From Lama glama (taxonomy: Eukaryota): a stretch of DNA of 64,000 nucleotides. This document shows positions 62,726 through 64,000 of this stretch, piece by piece. The first letter of the stretch is position 1. Every line of letters begins with the position of its first letter. Made by a program: the position numbers and the translations under genes. Below the pieces are notes generated by a model, which saw nothing but the letters and a program-made list of their open reading frames with translations, searched no databases and had not been told where the DNA came from. The DNA lies in NCBI GenBank assembly GCA_028534125.1, contig CM052832.1:7132001-7196000 (forward strand). Reading direction: 5' to 3'.

Positions 62726-64000
62726 TCTTATGAGACTCCTGAGAGGGGCCCATAAAAGTGATCAGAGACCCAGGCCAGATCTGGGAGGCTATATATCTGA
62801 CTCCTGTAACTTCATTTCTTTCTCAGCCACCAGCCAGCAGTCTCCAGTAAGTCCCCATGTCAGGCAAGGCAGGATTTTTCTTAATATATGATTTCGATCT
62901 TCAATAGCCCTGGCCAATTCAAAATAAAGAGAAGGGGAGGGGGGTGCTGAGGGCACAGACCCTACAAATTTTAAAAAGAAAATGAAAGAGGTCTTGTCCT
63001 TCAACAAGTTGACACAAGACTTAGAAAAGGATCCTTTCGGCCAAAGAATATTTTTATACTTTGTGCGTCTATATAAATAGGGTTTTTTTTAATAGAAAGC
63101 ACATCACTGGTGTCTAAAACCAAACGTGGTTTTGATTGAACCAGACTTACATTTATATCTGAAGCTCGTTTGCTAACAATAGAACCGGCCTTCCCATTTG
63201 CCAACATCAATGTTGACCTGTTTTCACCTAAATTTTATAGATGTCAGAAAAAGAAACTGTGCGCTAGTCAGCGGCATACCCTGGCCTTTCTCAGCCACAC
63301 TTGCTTGTATTCTTGCAGTGCCTTTAAATTCCCCTTGTCACAAAAACTAACAATAAGGTCAAGTATTTCAGTAAGAAATATTGAATTATGATCCAACGTT
63401 GTCAAACAGCCAAGAGCCTACGAAAGCTAACCACGAACTGGAGAAGAGAGGCTTAACCTCAGGTCTCCCCACCCCGTCTCCCTTGCATGGGGGAGGATTT
63501 TTGGCACCGGGGGGGGGGGGCACCAGGAGGGTGGGGGAAATGGGAACTGGGCGGCTCACAGTCACGTCCAAGCGCCTGTCCCTCAGGAGTGTCTTGTTGC
63601 TCTCGTTCGCTGATGCAAAGAGCCGGCTTTGATTTTTCTTGGAGAGGGCTCCAGGCACCCTAACATCCCGGCCATGCCAACACCACGAGGCTGCCCAGCG
63701 CCCCAATCCCATGGCCGTATCCCTGTCCATCAAGGCTAATTTCTATGACAACATAAACTTCACTGCGTCGCCAATAAACTCAAACCCGATGGAACTTGAT
63801 GTGGCCAAGACGGAGACTGACAAACGGGCAAGGTGTCAGGGCTGGAAATGGAACTCACTTCACCAGCCGGTGGTTTGGGAGGGGGAAGGACGGATTTACG
63901 GGTGTGTGCGTGTGTTTCATTTGCTCTAATAACTCTAGTAAAGTTCCATTAATCAATAAACTGTCTCTTGCAGAGACAGTAATAAAATACAAGGCTCCTG

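Noticed and set aside
63319..63369. Possible 51-bp exon (ttcttgcag ... tca|gtaaga)
   Set aside because: Splice-like signals are common by chance; the open frame AFKFPLSQKLTIRSSIS matches nothing I recognise and has no partner exons
1..64000. A novel multi-gene system, miRNA cluster or named host gene
   Set aside because: No coding exons, known mature miRNA sequences or long hairpins were recognised; the locus cannot be named without alignment

Overview
This is mammalian nuclear DNA, very probably camelid (alpaca, llama or camel), judged from four tRNA-derived Vic-1-type SINEs. It reads as intergenic or deep intronic sequence. I recognise no protein-coding exon, RNA gene or miRNA. The only ORFs with recognisable homology are decayed LINE-1 ORF1/ORF2 and CR1/L3 fragments. 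A large part of the window is a fossil record of transposons: MIR, L2, L3/CR1, several L1s, MLT1 solo LTRs and hAT MITEs (MER3, MER33, MER58, MER63, MER81, MER103). Some of these are nested or 5'-inverted, and several keep their target-site duplications (TSDs). Between them lie repeat-poor blocks with PBX-HOX, MEIS, HOX13, TCF, NF-kB/AP-1 and CTCF-type motifs, resembling the enhancer landscape of a developmental gene. That reading is inference and untested. I found no credible evidence for a novel biological system. Subfamily names come from recalled consensus sequences, not from a search. Boundaries without TSDs are approximate.
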